DNA of 64,000 bases from an uncultured bacterium. Its GTDB lineage: Bacteria > Krumholzibacteriota > Krumholzibacteriia > LZORAL124-64-63. The translations under genes were made by a program, and so were the position numbers. Of this stretch, positions 10,014 to 18,795 are shown one piece after another (the stretch's first letter is position 1; each line of letters begins with the position of its first letter). The notes below the pieces were generated by a model, which worked only from the letters and a program-made list of their open reading frames with translations, had not been told where the DNA came from and did no database searches. Location: NCBI GenBank assembly GCA_963727525.1, contig CAVSGO010000005.1, positions 64,001 to 128,000 of the forward strand, in the 5' to 3' direction.

Positions 10014-10050
10014 AAAAAGGAGACCCCGCGGAGCACGCCGCGGGGTCCCC
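10014..10050 (-). terminator. Rho-independent terminator after the first omcS-like gene
   Basis: Minus strand GGGGACCCCGCGG-CGTGCT-CCGCGGGGTCTCC followed by TTTTT. Confidence 0.85.
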
Positions 10051-10088
10051 TGTCAGCAATCCCGTCGAGACGGGCCGAAGGTCCGCGA

Positions 10089-11192
10089 CTACTCGTTCGG
10101 GGCGTCGAACTCGTCCTTGACGTGGCACTTGTTGCACAGCGAGCGCTGGTTGTCGCTGAACGTGTACTGGTAGTACTTGTTCGTCACATCGTCAGCCGTC
10201 GCGCCGTCGTCGGTGATCTGCGGGTGGGATTCATTGATGAACGTCGTGCCCATGTCCCAGCGCGCGATGTCGGAGAAGGCCGACGCGTGCGCGCGGTGGC
10301 AGCTCAGGCACATGACCTTGTCGACGCTGTCCGGGCCCAGCGTGTAGTCCATGGAATCGACGGTCTCCAGGTCGACGTTGACGGCCTCGAACGGCACCAG
10401 ACCGGCGTACGCCGTCGCCTGATCGCCACCATTCGGGTCGTCGGTGCTGATGTAGGCGTTGTAGATGGCGGCCACGGTGCTGCCCAGGTTCTCGCCGGCA
10501 GGATGCACGTGGTTGGTCGTGTTGTCGGTCAGGAAGTTCGGGTGGCAGTTGGCGCACCACTCGCTCATGCCGCTCTTGTACACGGTGTGCTTGGCATCGG
10601 TCTCGTTGCCGTTGGTGTCGCCCACCATCGTGCGGCGGCTGTTGCCCTTGGCCAGCGGCGCCGCGCTGGTGAACGGGAAGCGGGTGCCGTCGTAGCGGGG
10701 GCCGGCACCGGCGCCGTAGAGCAGGCGGAAGTTGGCGTTGCCATGGGGATCGTGGCAGCTGGTGCACGCGAGGCGGCTGCTCAGGAAGTCGCCGCCGGGG
10801 GCATGCTCGAGCGTCTGGTCGACGTCGATGCCGTAGGCCGCGGACACGACGTTGTGGCCGTGGGAATCACCGGAGCTGACCGTGGTGTGGCCATGAGCGC
10901 TCCAGCTGTAGTCCTTGGTGACCCAGTAGAAGTCGCCGCCGGGGCCGTAGCCGGCGCCGCCATAGAACTGGCCGTAGTCGGCGTGGCAGCTCAGGCACAC
11001 GTCGGTCGGCGTCGCCGCGACGAGCAGGAACGGATAGCCGGTGGCGCTGTCGGTCACCTGCTCGCCGTCCTGGCTGTTGTGCATGGTGTGGCAGCCGGCG
11101 CACTCGGCGACGCCGCCAGCGTGAAACGCGAGCACCGCGTTGGCGCTCAGCGAGAGAGCGATGATGAGAGCAATCTTGAACGTGGTCTTCAC
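10089..11192 (-). CDS. omcS: Hexaheme c-type cytochrome, OmcS nanowire-subunit homologue
   Basis: GTG start with GGAGG RBS; signal peptide; mature N-terminus FHAGGVAECAGCHTMHNS (Geobacter OmcS as recalled: FHSGGVAECEGCHTMHNS); PGGDFYWVTKDYSW, GHNVV, APGG, CTSCHDPHG, GMSEWCANCH, HPAG, CLSCHRAHAS, QRSLCNKCHVKD. Six CxxCH motifs. Confidence 0.93.
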   Translation of the reverse strand: MKTTFKIALIIALSLSANAVLAFHAGGVAECAGCHTMHNSQDGEQVTDSATGYPFLLVAATPTDVCLSCHADYGQFYGGAGYGPGGDFYWVTKDYSWSAHGHTTVSSGDSHGHNVVSAAYGIDVDQTLEHAPGGDFLSSRLACTSCHDPHGNANFRLLYGAGAGPRYDGTRFPFTSAAPLAKGNSRRTMVGDTNGNETDAKHTVYKSGMSEWCANCHPNFLTDNTTNHVHPAGENLGSTVAAIYNAYISTDDPNGGDQATAYAGLVPFEAVNVDLETVDSMDYTLGPDSVDKVMCLSCHRAHASAFSDIARWDMGTTFINESHPQITDDGATADDVTNKYYQYTFSDNQRSLCNKCHVKDEFDAPNE

Positions 11193-11391
11193 GGGTCTGC
11201 CTCCAACGGATTGCTACCAGGTTGTTCCGAACACCCGCGGTGCCCGGAGCGTTCGTGCCGTCAATCTCGATCACTGTCTGACACGACGAATCTCATATCG
11301 GTCGCTGCGGACTTTGCGTGCTTGGTTGCCGGTCTTCACTCCTTTCGTCATTCTTGCGCAGGCACATGCTGCAGGTTCGTGAGTGCCGCAA

Positions 11392-12324
11392 TCAGCGACG
11401 CCCGAGTTCTCGCATCCTGAAAACCTGCACGCGGCCCTCGAAGCCCTGAGCCACGTAGATCCGCCCCTCCGGCGTCGCGGCGAGCGCCAGCGGGTGATAG
11501 AGCTGTCCGGGTCGGAAGCCGAGCTTGCCGAACTCCGTGACGAACGTGTGGTCGCTGTCGAAGACGAGCACGCAGGCGCGCATGCGATCGAGCACCAGGA
11601 CCTCGCCCTGCGGCCCGAAAGCCACGGCGACCGGAAAGCTCATGCGGCCCGGCGACGAGCCGAAGCGTCCAAACGTGTCGAGCAAGGCGCCATCGGCGGC
11701 CAGGACGATGATGTGACGCAGATCGCCGCCGGGAACGTAGATGCGACCATCCGACGCCTCGGCCGGGCGCCCCATCGCCGTGAACGAGCGGCCTTCGCTG
11801 ATGTCGCGCTGCCACAGGAGTGCGCCGGTGTGCGCATCGTGCTTCGCCAGCACGCCGGAAGCCGAGTCCAGGGTCAGGTAGTCGCCATCGCGCGTGATCA
11901 GCAGATGGTCGGGATTCCAGTCGGCGATGGGCGGTTGCGCCGCGTAGGCGACGGGCTCGCCGAATACGTTCAGACGGCGGATCTCCGTGTGGAAATCGCG
12001 GCCGCGATCGGTGAACACGAATCCGCCATCGCGATCGATTGCGCCATCGGCGGGGTACGAGAGATCGGCGAGACGACTCGTGCGGAAAACCTCGACATCG
12101 CTCGGGTTGAGCAGGTGGAATATGGACTGGCGTACATCGGTGACGCAGATCTCGCCGTTGGTAGGATCGATGGAGATGGCCACCGGCCGCGGCTTGCCGA
12201 CGCTGCCCACGGAGAGCGGCAGCGTCGCCTCGTAGTCGAAGGCGTAGCCCGCGGCGCAGACCACGGCGTCGAGCAAGGCGGCAGTGATCGTTGTAAAAAC
12301 TACCAATTTCGTCAGCGTATTCAC
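11392..12324 (-). CDS. NHL-repeat beta-propeller protein (OscD-like companion of OmcS)
   Basis: Signal-like N-terminus; repeated P-x-x-I/V-A-x-D/G-x-x-G-x-I/V-Y-V units and FGRFGSSPGRMSFP / FGKLGFRPGQLYHP NHL motifs. Start GTG 12324 or TTG 12357. Confidence 0.85.
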   Translation of the reverse strand: MNTLTKLVVFTTITAALLDAVVCAAGYAFDYEATLPLSVGSVGKPRPVAISIDPTNGEICVTDVRQSIFHLLNPSDVEVFRTSRLADLSYPADGAIDRDGGFVFTDRGRDFHTEIRRLNVFGEPVAYAAQPPIADWNPDHLLITRDGDYLTLDSASGVLAKHDAHTGALLWQRDISEGRSFTAMGRPAEASDGRIYVPGGDLRHIIVLAADGALLDTFGRFGSSPGRMSFPVAVAFGPQGEVLVLDRMRACVLVFDSDHTFVTEFGKLGFRPGQLYHPLALAATPEGRIYVAQGFEGRVQVFRMRELGRR

Positions 12325-12415
12325 AACTCGCGAGCCTCGGAATGCGAAATCGGACAATTATCGACCAGTTACAGGCCCACCAATCCGCAGCACCTGTTCA
12401 TTCCCGACGCCATCG

Positions 12416-12471
12416 AGCATATCAAACAAAAAGTAACTGTCAAACTATTTGCACAAAGGTTAACACCTTTG
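12416..12471 (-). promoter_or_regulatory. Sigma70-like promoter with an upstream palindrome, driving the NHL-omcS genes
   Basis: Minus strand TTGACA (12443-12438), 16 nt, TG-extended TATGCT (12421-12416). Palindrome CAAAGGT-TAAC-ACCTTTG at 12454-12471 in an AT-rich gap. Confidence 0.65.
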
Positions 12472-12552
12472 ATGTTTCTTTTTGCAATGGCCGAGAACCC
12501 CCCTCCAAATACCTATGAATTAAGGAATTCTGGAATTGTGAGAATGAACACT

Positions 12553-12582
12553 AGCGGCGGGCCCCCAAAAGAACCCGCCGCT
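12553..12582 (-). terminator. Hairpin, possible terminator after the giant multiheme gene
   Basis: AGCGGCGGG...CCCGCCGCT stem about 30 nt after the stop; weak U-tract. Confidence 0.5.
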
Positions 12583-12611
12583 GTCGCGATTTGCACCGTT
12601 TCCCGGAAAGC

Positions 12612-15600
12612 TCACTCCCGCTTCTGGCGCAGCTTGTCGGTGTGGCACTGTACGCAGAGGCGGCCGCCCGGGTCCGCAGTGAGGAACTTCGGGAAGGCAC
12701 TCCCGTGCTCATCGTGGCAGCTCGCGCACCCCATCGGACCACCCGTGCGCGGATCCGTGACAGACGGCCCGACCGGGTGGTCGGTGTGCTCGGCGTAGGT
12801 GTGGCAACCCAGACACGGTTCGCGCCGCGGCCCGGCGGCGGCTGCCTGCGTCGGCGCCGCGAGATGGGGATCGTGGCACATGCTACAGGTCCGGTCGTCG
12901 ATCACCGGATGCGTGTACGCGGCCTGGCGACGCTGGTCAACCTGCTCGGCATGGCACTGGCCGCATACGTCAGCCTGCTCGCGCGGCATCAGGGCCGCCT
13001 TCGGCGTGGTGTGAGGCGCATGGCACACGGTGCAGGCACCCCCGTTCGCGAGCGGAGCGTGCGGCACGCCCACTTTCAGGTCCTCACCCAGCCCGCGATG
13101 GCAGGTGAAGCACAACGCGGGTTCCGGCTTCACGAGATCGGTCTTGCCCGACACGTGACAGGCCGTGCACTGACCCTTGCGGTAGGGCGCATGAACGACG
13201 GCATGCGGCAGCGATTTCGCGTCCGACGCGTGCGGGGCGTGGCACGAGGCGCAGTCGGCCTCGGCCACCGGGAAGCCCTGGTGCTTGGACTTGAGGGCCG
13301 CGGCCGATTCACGGTGACAGTGGCCGCACACCTCTCGCGGCGCGGCGCGCAGGCTCATCGCCACGCGGCCGCCGTGCGCATCGTGGCACCCGAGGCAGTT
13401 GCCGGCGCGGAACGGGGCATGCACGAAGGCCTTCTTCTGTGCGGCCTGCAGGTCCGCGTGGCATTCCCAGCACAGCTTGCCGGCGGGTACGCGCAGCAAT
13501 GCCTTCTGCTGCGACGCGTGGGGCTCGTGGCAGGCGTCGCACTTGCCGTCGCGAACGGGCGTGTGCGCGAACGCGGGATTCGGTGCGAGATCCGCGAGGG
13601 CGTGGCACGACTCGCATGTCTCGGCCACGGTATCGGACACGAGCAAGTGCTCGCCGCGGCTGACATGAGGATTATGACAGGCTGAGCATTCGCCGGCCGC
13701 AACCGGGGCATGCACGACCGGAGCTGCCCCATGCCCCGTTACGGGATCCTCGTGGCAGCCCGCGCACAGGCTCGACTGGTCGACGATCGGCGCTTTCGAT
13801 TCGTGGCACACCGTGCAATCGCCGTCGGCGAATGGCGGGTGGCTGCGGGCGTGCAGCAGCGACGGTCTCGTGGAGCGGTGCGGTTCGTGGCACCACATGC
13901 AGTCGAGAGTACTGGGATCGCGGTCGAGATGCTTCTCCCGGAACGCGCTGGCGTTCTCGTCATGGCACTGGAAACAGAGCGCGGGCACCGGCTCGTTCAG
14001 GAAGCCCTTGCCCTCGCCGCCATGCGCCTGGTGGCAGGCGAGGCAATCGCCCTGGGCCGGCGCGTGGATGGACACCGCACCCTCGGTGGACGCGACGTCC
14101 TGATGGCAGAGTGTGCAGAGCACCTCGGTCGGGGCGACGAGGAGCTGCTTCTGCGGCGACCGGTGGGGATCGTGGCATGCCGTGCAGTCGCCGGTAGCCA
14201 CCGGCTGGTGCGCGTGCCAGTTCGGGCTCTGCGCAACCTGCACATCATGGCAGGTCGCGCAGATCTGCTGCGCGGGCTCGCGCAGGAATGCGGGGTTGTC
14301 GCCACCGTGCGGCAAGTGGCAGGTGCTGCACTCGCCGGCGGCCGTGGGCGCATGCACGCTGCCGCCGTCAGGCGCCGTCACCATGTCTTCGTGGCAGCGC
14401 TGACAGAGCTGCTCGGGCGCCGTATTCAGGAGCTGCGGCTGTCCCGCCGCGTGCGGCTCGTGGCAGGCCAGGCATTCACCGCGGGCCACCACGTCATGCG
14501 GATGGGCAGACGCGATCTGGAGCTGCGTACTCACGTGACAGCTCAGACAGAGCGCGCCGGGCTTGTCCCTGAGGAGCGAGGCCTCGCTCGCACTGTGGGG
14601 GTCGTGGCACTTCGTGCAGTCCTTCTTGACGACGGGCGCGTGGGTCGACGCCGCATCGGCCGGCACGACGTCGTCGTGGCAGGTCGTGCACAGGTCGCGC
14701 GAAGCGGCGACCAGGAGGTGCGGCTGCTGACCACCGTGCGGCGTATGGCACTCGGCGCAGTCGCCGTCGGCCACTGGCGCGTGCACGTCGGCGCGCTGGA
14801 AGGCGGCCGCATCGTGGCACGCAAGGCAGGTGCGCGCCTGGTCGCTGACCAGCAAGTGGGCATACGGACTGCCGTGCGGCGCGTGGCACGCCAGGCAATC
14901 GCCATCGGCCGCCGGCGGATGGGGCTCCGTGGCGCCGGCCGTCACGTCGTCATGGCACGCCTGGCAGAGCTGGGGCACCGTCGCCAGGAGCGCATGGTCG
15001 TCGCGCATGGCACCGTCGCTCGTGGTCTCGTGGCAGGAGGCGCAGTCGCCGTCGGCCACCGGCGCGTGGCGCACGACGTGCAGCATCGCCCGGGAGTCGG
15101 AGCTGTGCGGATCGTGGCACGAGATGCAGCCGCTGGGCGCGGTGGTCGCGTTGCCATGGGCGCTCGCCAGCTTCGCTGCGTCGTCATGGCACGAGGCGCA
15201 GAGCGCGTCGGGAGCCTCCTTGAGCATCGCCAGCTGGTCCGACCCGTGCGGGTCGTGACAGACCACGCAGCCGTCCTTCTTCAGGGGCTCGTGCACGTAC
15301 TTGCGCGCGAAGGCGCCGGCGTCATGGCAGCGGGTGCAATCCTTCGCACCGCGAGCCTGCAGGAGATAGGGCTGGCCCGAACCGTGCGGATCGTGGCACG
15401 CCGCGCAGCCATCGTCCTTGATCGGCGGGTGCGTCACCTTGCGCTTCACGGCCGTCGCCACATCGTCATGGCACTCGAGGCAAAGCGTGTTGCCCGGCAG
15501 CTTGAGCGCGAGCTTGCCCACCACGCCGTGCCGGATATGGCATGCCTCGCAGTCTGCCGCCTTGAACGGCTCGTGGGCGTACTTGTCCTTCACCTGCGAC

Positions 15601-15737
15601 TTCATCGTGTCGTGGCAGTCGAGACAGGCCTTCTGCTTGAACGGCCCCGCCTGAGCCGTCGCCGCCAGCATCACGACGACGGCGAGGCTCAGGAGAGCCC
15701 ACCGGCGAGCTTCGGTCATGAAGGAGGTGCGGACCAC
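12612..15737 (-). CDS. Giant multiheme c-type cytochrome, 42 CxxCH motifs (doubled-CXXCH repeats)
   Basis: Hand count of 42 CxxCH. Repeat unit HxP...CxxCHxPH.S...LL...LCxxCH; signal peptide ending ATAQA; GTG 15737 with GGAGG 7 nt upstream. Confidence 0.93.
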   Translation of the reverse strand: MVRTSFMTEARRWALLSLAVVVMLAATAQAGPFKQKACLDCHDTMKSQVKDKYAHEPFKAADCEACHIRHGVVGKLALKLPGNTLCLECHDDVATAVKRKVTHPPIKDDGCAACHDPHGSGQPYLLQARGAKDCTRCHDAGAFARKYVHEPLKKDGCVVCHDPHGSDQLAMLKEAPDALCASCHDDAAKLASAHGNATTAPSGCISCHDPHSSDSRAMLHVVRHAPVADGDCASCHETTSDGAMRDDHALLATVPQLCQACHDDVTAGATEPHPPAADGDCLACHAPHGSPYAHLLVSDQARTCLACHDAAAFQRADVHAPVADGDCAECHTPHGGQQPHLLVAASRDLCTTCHDDVVPADAASTHAPVVKKDCTKCHDPHSASEASLLRDKPGALCLSCHVSTQLQIASAHPHDVVARGECLACHEPHAAGQPQLLNTAPEQLCQRCHEDMVTAPDGGSVHAPTAAGECSTCHLPHGGDNPAFLREPAQQICATCHDVQVAQSPNWHAHQPVATGDCTACHDPHRSPQKQLLVAPTEVLCTLCHQDVASTEGAVSIHAPAQGDCLACHQAHGGEGKGFLNEPVPALCFQCHDENASAFREKHLDRDPSTLDCMWCHEPHRSTRPSLLHARSHPPFADGDCTVCHESKAPIVDQSSLCAGCHEDPVTGHGAAPVVHAPVAAGECSACHNPHVSRGEHLLVSDTVAETCESCHALADLAPNPAFAHTPVRDGKCDACHEPHASQQKALLRVPAGKLCWECHADLQAAQKKAFVHAPFRAGNCLGCHDAHGGRVAMSLRAAPREVCGHCHRESAAALKSKHQGFPVAEADCASCHAPHASDAKSLPHAVVHAPYRKGQCTACHVSGKTDLVKPEPALCFTCHRGLGEDLKVGVPHAPLANGGACTVCHAPHTTPKAALMPREQADVCGQCHAEQVDQRRQAAYTHPVIDDRTCSMCHDPHLAAPTQAAAAGPRREPCLGCHTYAEHTDHPVGPSVTDPRTGGPMGCASCHDEHGSAFPKFLTADPGGRLCVQCHTDKLRQKRE

Positions 15738-15764
15738 GGTGTATCCTCCCGCCACGTGGGCGAT

Positions 15765-17102
15765 CTATGGCGCGACGGCGCCTTCGCGACCAGTGCCTGC
15801 TGCCGCCACCCGCGCCGCGACCATGGCCTCGGCGTCGGGGACGATCGTGATCGGTGTGGCCGCCCTGAGCTTGGTGATGGCCTCGGACATCTGTGCCACG
15901 GACTGCTCCGTGCGCATGAGGCCGATGATCTTGCTACGGCAGGCGTCCAGCGGAGCGGGTTCGACCTTCTCGACGCCGTCGACCACGGCCACCACCCATC
16001 CGCCCGGCACCTCGAAGGGATCGAGCACCGTACCGGGCTTCATCTGCACCGCCTCGATGCCAAGCATCTGCGGGTCGAAGAAATCCTGCGGGAACGGCGG
16101 CGGCCCGTCGACGACGCCGGGCAGATTGCGCCGCAGCCAGCCGAGCATGGCCCCCTGCGCCAGCCGCGTCCGCATGGTCTCGGCCGCCTCCTTCGACTCG
16201 AGCTTGACGCTGTCGAGCTTCACCCGCGGCGCCGGTGTCACGTCCGACAGATGCTTCTCGTAAAACGCCTCGACCTCGGCATCGGTGGGCTTGGTGTCGA
16301 CCGCCGCGAAGATCTTCACCGACTCCTCCTGCACGAGCTGCCGCTCGAGCCGCCGCGCGTACAGGCGCAGGTCCGGCCGCTCATCGACATGCTCGATCTT
16401 GGCCTGATAGCGCACGAGAGCCTCATCGAGCCAGCTCGCGAAAATCTTGTCGCGCCGTTCGGCCGCGTCGGGCTTGCCCTCCATGCCGTGGTACTCGCGG
16501 AAACGTATCTCGCGCGAGAGATGCTTGACACGCATGGTCCCCGAAGGGATCCGGGTCAGCACGTCCTCGCTATCGTGCAGATGCTGCTGTATCGCCGGAT
16601 CGGCCGAGCCGTAGTCGAGCGACTTGAGGAGCGTCGTATCCACCGTGACGGCGTATTGCTCGCGGAGTCCCTGGATGTAGGCGTGCACCGCGGCCGTGCG
16701 CGACGGGACATCGGCGGCGGCGGTCGCGGCCACGGAATCGAGGAGCGCCTTGGAACACTGCGTACGCACCGCCTCCGTGACCTGATTCTTCACCGTGAAC
16801 TGCTGGTCCAGCCCCATCCGGTAGCCCTCCTGGATGATGAGCTGGTTCTCGATCATGCGTTTCAGGACGGCGGCCGGTTCCGGGAGCGCGATCGGCATAC
16901 CGGAGGGCGCACGCTGGCGCATGAGCGAGAGTTCGATATCAAGATCGACGACGCGCAGCGTGTCGTCGCCGATGAAGGCCAGGGGCTGCTCGGACGCGAC
17001 CGGCGTCGCAAGTGCCGGCACGGCCTGGACGCAGGCCACGGGCACCGCCGACAGGGCGATCAGCAGCAGTCCCGGCCACCAGGACAGGCGATGTACGGAC
17101 AT
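15765..17102 (-). CDS. SurA/PrsA/PpiC-like periplasmic chaperone / parvulin-type PPIase (OscH-like)
   Basis: Signal peptide; SurA-N-like VLKRMIENQLIIQEGYRMGLD and a second similar repeat; parvulin-like VKLDSVKLESKEAAE...MKPGTVLDPFEVPGGWVV. Confidence 0.75.
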   Translation of the reverse strand: MSVHRLSWWPGLLLIALSAVPVACVQAVPALATPVASEQPLAFIGDDTLRVVDLDIELSLMRQRAPSGMPIALPEPAAVLKRMIENQLIIQEGYRMGLDQQFTVKNQVTEAVRTQCSKALLDSVAATAAADVPSRTAAVHAYIQGLREQYAVTVDTTLLKSLDYGSADPAIQQHLHDSEDVLTRIPSGTMRVKHLSREIRFREYHGMEGKPDAAERRDKIFASWLDEALVRYQAKIEHVDERPDLRLYARRLERQLVQEESVKIFAAVDTKPTDAEVEAFYEKHLSDVTPAPRVKLDSVKLESKEAAETMRTRLAQGAMLGWLRRNLPGVVDGPPPFPQDFFDPQMLGIEAVQMKPGTVLDPFEVPGGWVVAVVDGVEKVEPAPLDACRSKIIGLMRTEQSVAQMSEAITKLRAATPITIVPDAEAMVAARVAAAGTGREGAVAP

Positions 17103-17103
17103 G

Positions 17104-18171
17104 TCAGGATTCCTTCCTCACCGAGCGAAGGTCTTGCCAGAGTCTATCGGCGGAGCGTTGCAAGATGCGCATGAGAGGCGTGGTGTCGGTGGACCCGAAC
17201 CACCGCACGTCGTCGCTGCGGTCGCGATACCGGGTGGCGCTGGCCGCCAGCAATCCGTCCGGAAGATCGATGGTCCGCAGCGTGAACGCGAAGTCGCGCA
17301 CACCCGTCGCATGCACACTGGGCGCGGCATCGTCGAACATGGCACTGCGCACGCCGCTGCCGCGCAGGTCGTCGAATGCGACCAGTTCCGGCCGCACGAG
17401 GGCGGACACGCCGAAATGGTCCTGGAGCTGCTGATACGCCGCGTGCTGCAATCGCTGCGGGTCGAATCCCGCGGCGAGCAGGTCGGACAGCACGAGCGCC
17501 GGATCGATGGGGCGGGCATCATGGCTGGCGAGCGCGGCGCCCAGGACGCAGAACGTCGCGGTCAGCGCCATGTCGGCATCACAACCCACGCCGATGGTCG
17601 GCATCACGAGCACCGATGCGGCACTCGTGGCGGGGGACACCGGGGAAGTGAGCTGAGCCATGACGCCTTGTACCGCCGCGAGCAAGGCCGCGGTCTCCCC
17701 CGCGGGATCCTCGCCGGTCAACCTCTCGGCCACTGGCTGCTCCGCGAGCCAGACCTGATTCACGCGTCCCGAACTCGTCTCGACGCCGCGAACCAGGGCC
17801 ACGACGCGCTGCGCCTCGACGATGACGTGCGCGACCACGAGATCAGCCACACCCACGCTATCGCGCGCAGCGGCGAGGAACGCCGGCGTCAAGAGCATGC
17901 TGCTGCGGATGCGCTCCTGCCGCGCAAGCGCCACGACTGCAGACGTCGGCGCGACATCGTGCCCCAGACGCTGCAATGCCGTCTCGCCGGCTCGCGTCAC
18001 GACGATGCGGAGCTGGCTCACGGTGATGGGCAGGACCGTTTCCGTACGGCCGCTGATGAAGACCAGGAGTCCCGTGCGCGCAGGAGCAGGCGCGGCCCAC
18101 ACCGGCCCGGCCGCCGCCAGCGTGGCGGCGAGCAGTCCGGCTGCGAATCGGTTGCGCGCGACGTCGGACAT
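17104..18171 (-). CDS. Exported protein, possibly with two TolB-N/CsgG-like alpha/beta domains
   Basis: ATG overlaps the upstream stop (TGATG); signal peptide ending PVWA; repeats ending VRGVETSSGRV and LRTIDLPDGLL resemble the l.l.d..tG strand of CsgG/LpoB folds. Confidence 0.55.
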   Translation of the reverse strand: MSDVARNRFAAGLLAATLAAAGPVWAAPAPARTGLLVFISGRTETVLPITVSQLRIVVTRAGETALQRLGHDVAPTSAVVALARQERIRSSMLLTPAFLAAARDSVGVADLVVAHVIVEAQRVVALVRGVETSSGRVNQVWLAEQPVAERLTGEDPAGETAALLAAVQGVMAQLTSPVSPATSAASVLVMPTIGVGCDADMALTATFCVLGAALASHDARPIDPALVLSDLLAAGFDPQRLQHAAYQQLQDHFGVSALVRPELVAFDDLRGSGVRSAMFDDAAPSVHATGVRDFAFTLRTIDLPDGLLAASATRYRDRSDDVRWFGSTDTTPLMRILQRSADRLWQDLRSVRKES

Positions 18172-18740
18172 CAGAACAACGTTTCCATGGCATCGTCGAC
18201 GGCCTCGCGTGTCACGTCGTAGAGACTCGCCGAGCCGCCACCGAAGAGCTTGCGCCAGATCGAGGTTCCGTTGCGATGGACCTGGCTCTGCCACACCAGG
18301 GACCCGGTCTGCGTCTCTGCCAATGCCAGCGTCAACGTCACTGCGTTGACGCGGTCGCCGCCGAGCTTCTCCGCCCCATAGTCCTCGACGGATCCGAAAA
18401 CGATGGCGTCGACACCGAGCTCCTTGCCGAGCGCCACGATCTGCTCGGACGAGGGATCCTGATTCGTGTCGAGCTTGAGGCTGCGGATCGCAGCGTAGAC
18501 CTGGCCTTCTTCGATCACACGCAGCGCGCCACGATCGAGCAGGTACGACATGACCACCGAGTAGACACGCGCGTCCGCGAACGGATCCGGTGTGCGATTC
18601 TGGAGGGGGTAGACAGCCGCGCGTTGGATGAAGCTGTAGTCGACATCCTCGCGCACGAAGGATGTCGGCCGAGAGGCGCAGCCTGGAAAGACCGCCCCCA
18701 CGACAAGCAGGATCCCCAGGCCGATTGTGGTTCGCTTCAT
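18171..18740 (-). CDS. Lipoprotein of the CsgG/PelC/GNA1162/LpoB-like fold
   Basis: Lipobox FPGC; AAVYPLQNRT, ALGKELGVDAIVFGSVEDY, LALAETQTGSLVWQ; GGGAGG RBS. Confidence 0.8.
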   Translation of the reverse strand: MKRTTIGLGILLVVGAVFPGCASRPTSFVREDVDYSFIQRAAVYPLQNRTPDPFADARVYSVVMSYLLDRGALRVIEEGQVYAAIRSLKLDTNQDPSSEQIVALGKELGVDAIVFGSVEDYGAEKLGGDRVNAVTLTLALAETQTGSLVWQSQVHRNGTSIWRKLFGGGSASLYDVTREAVDDAMETLF

Positions 18741-18795
18741 CGTACCGCCTCCCGTTCGTATTGACGAACGTCCCACGAAATCAGTGATTCCAGAC

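Noticed and set aside
11193-11391. GEMM-I (c-di-GMP/cGAMP) riboswitch upstream of omcS, as known in Geobacter; the minus strand contains CGAAAG and ACGCAAAGTCC fragments
   Set aside because: Spacing and pairing do not form the GNRA-capped P2 stem, and no P3 motif follows. An Infernal RF01051 search would settle it.
12536-12553. Rex-like box TTGTGAGAATGAACACTA
   Set aside because: Several mismatches to TTGTGAA-N4-TTCACAA and far from the predicted promoter.
12612-15737. Recurring GTGGCA/TCGTGGCA DNA repeats suggesting a CRISPR or tandem array
   Set aside because: They are the reverse complement of Cys-His codons in the CxxCH motifs; there is no constant repeat-spacer structure and no cas genes.
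13710-17174. 1154-aa plus-strand ORF, and similar long ORFs at 31699-34359, 57309-59318, 28715-30622 and 48374-49648
   Set aside because: Antisense shadows of well-supported genes in high-GC DNA, with no recognisable motifs.
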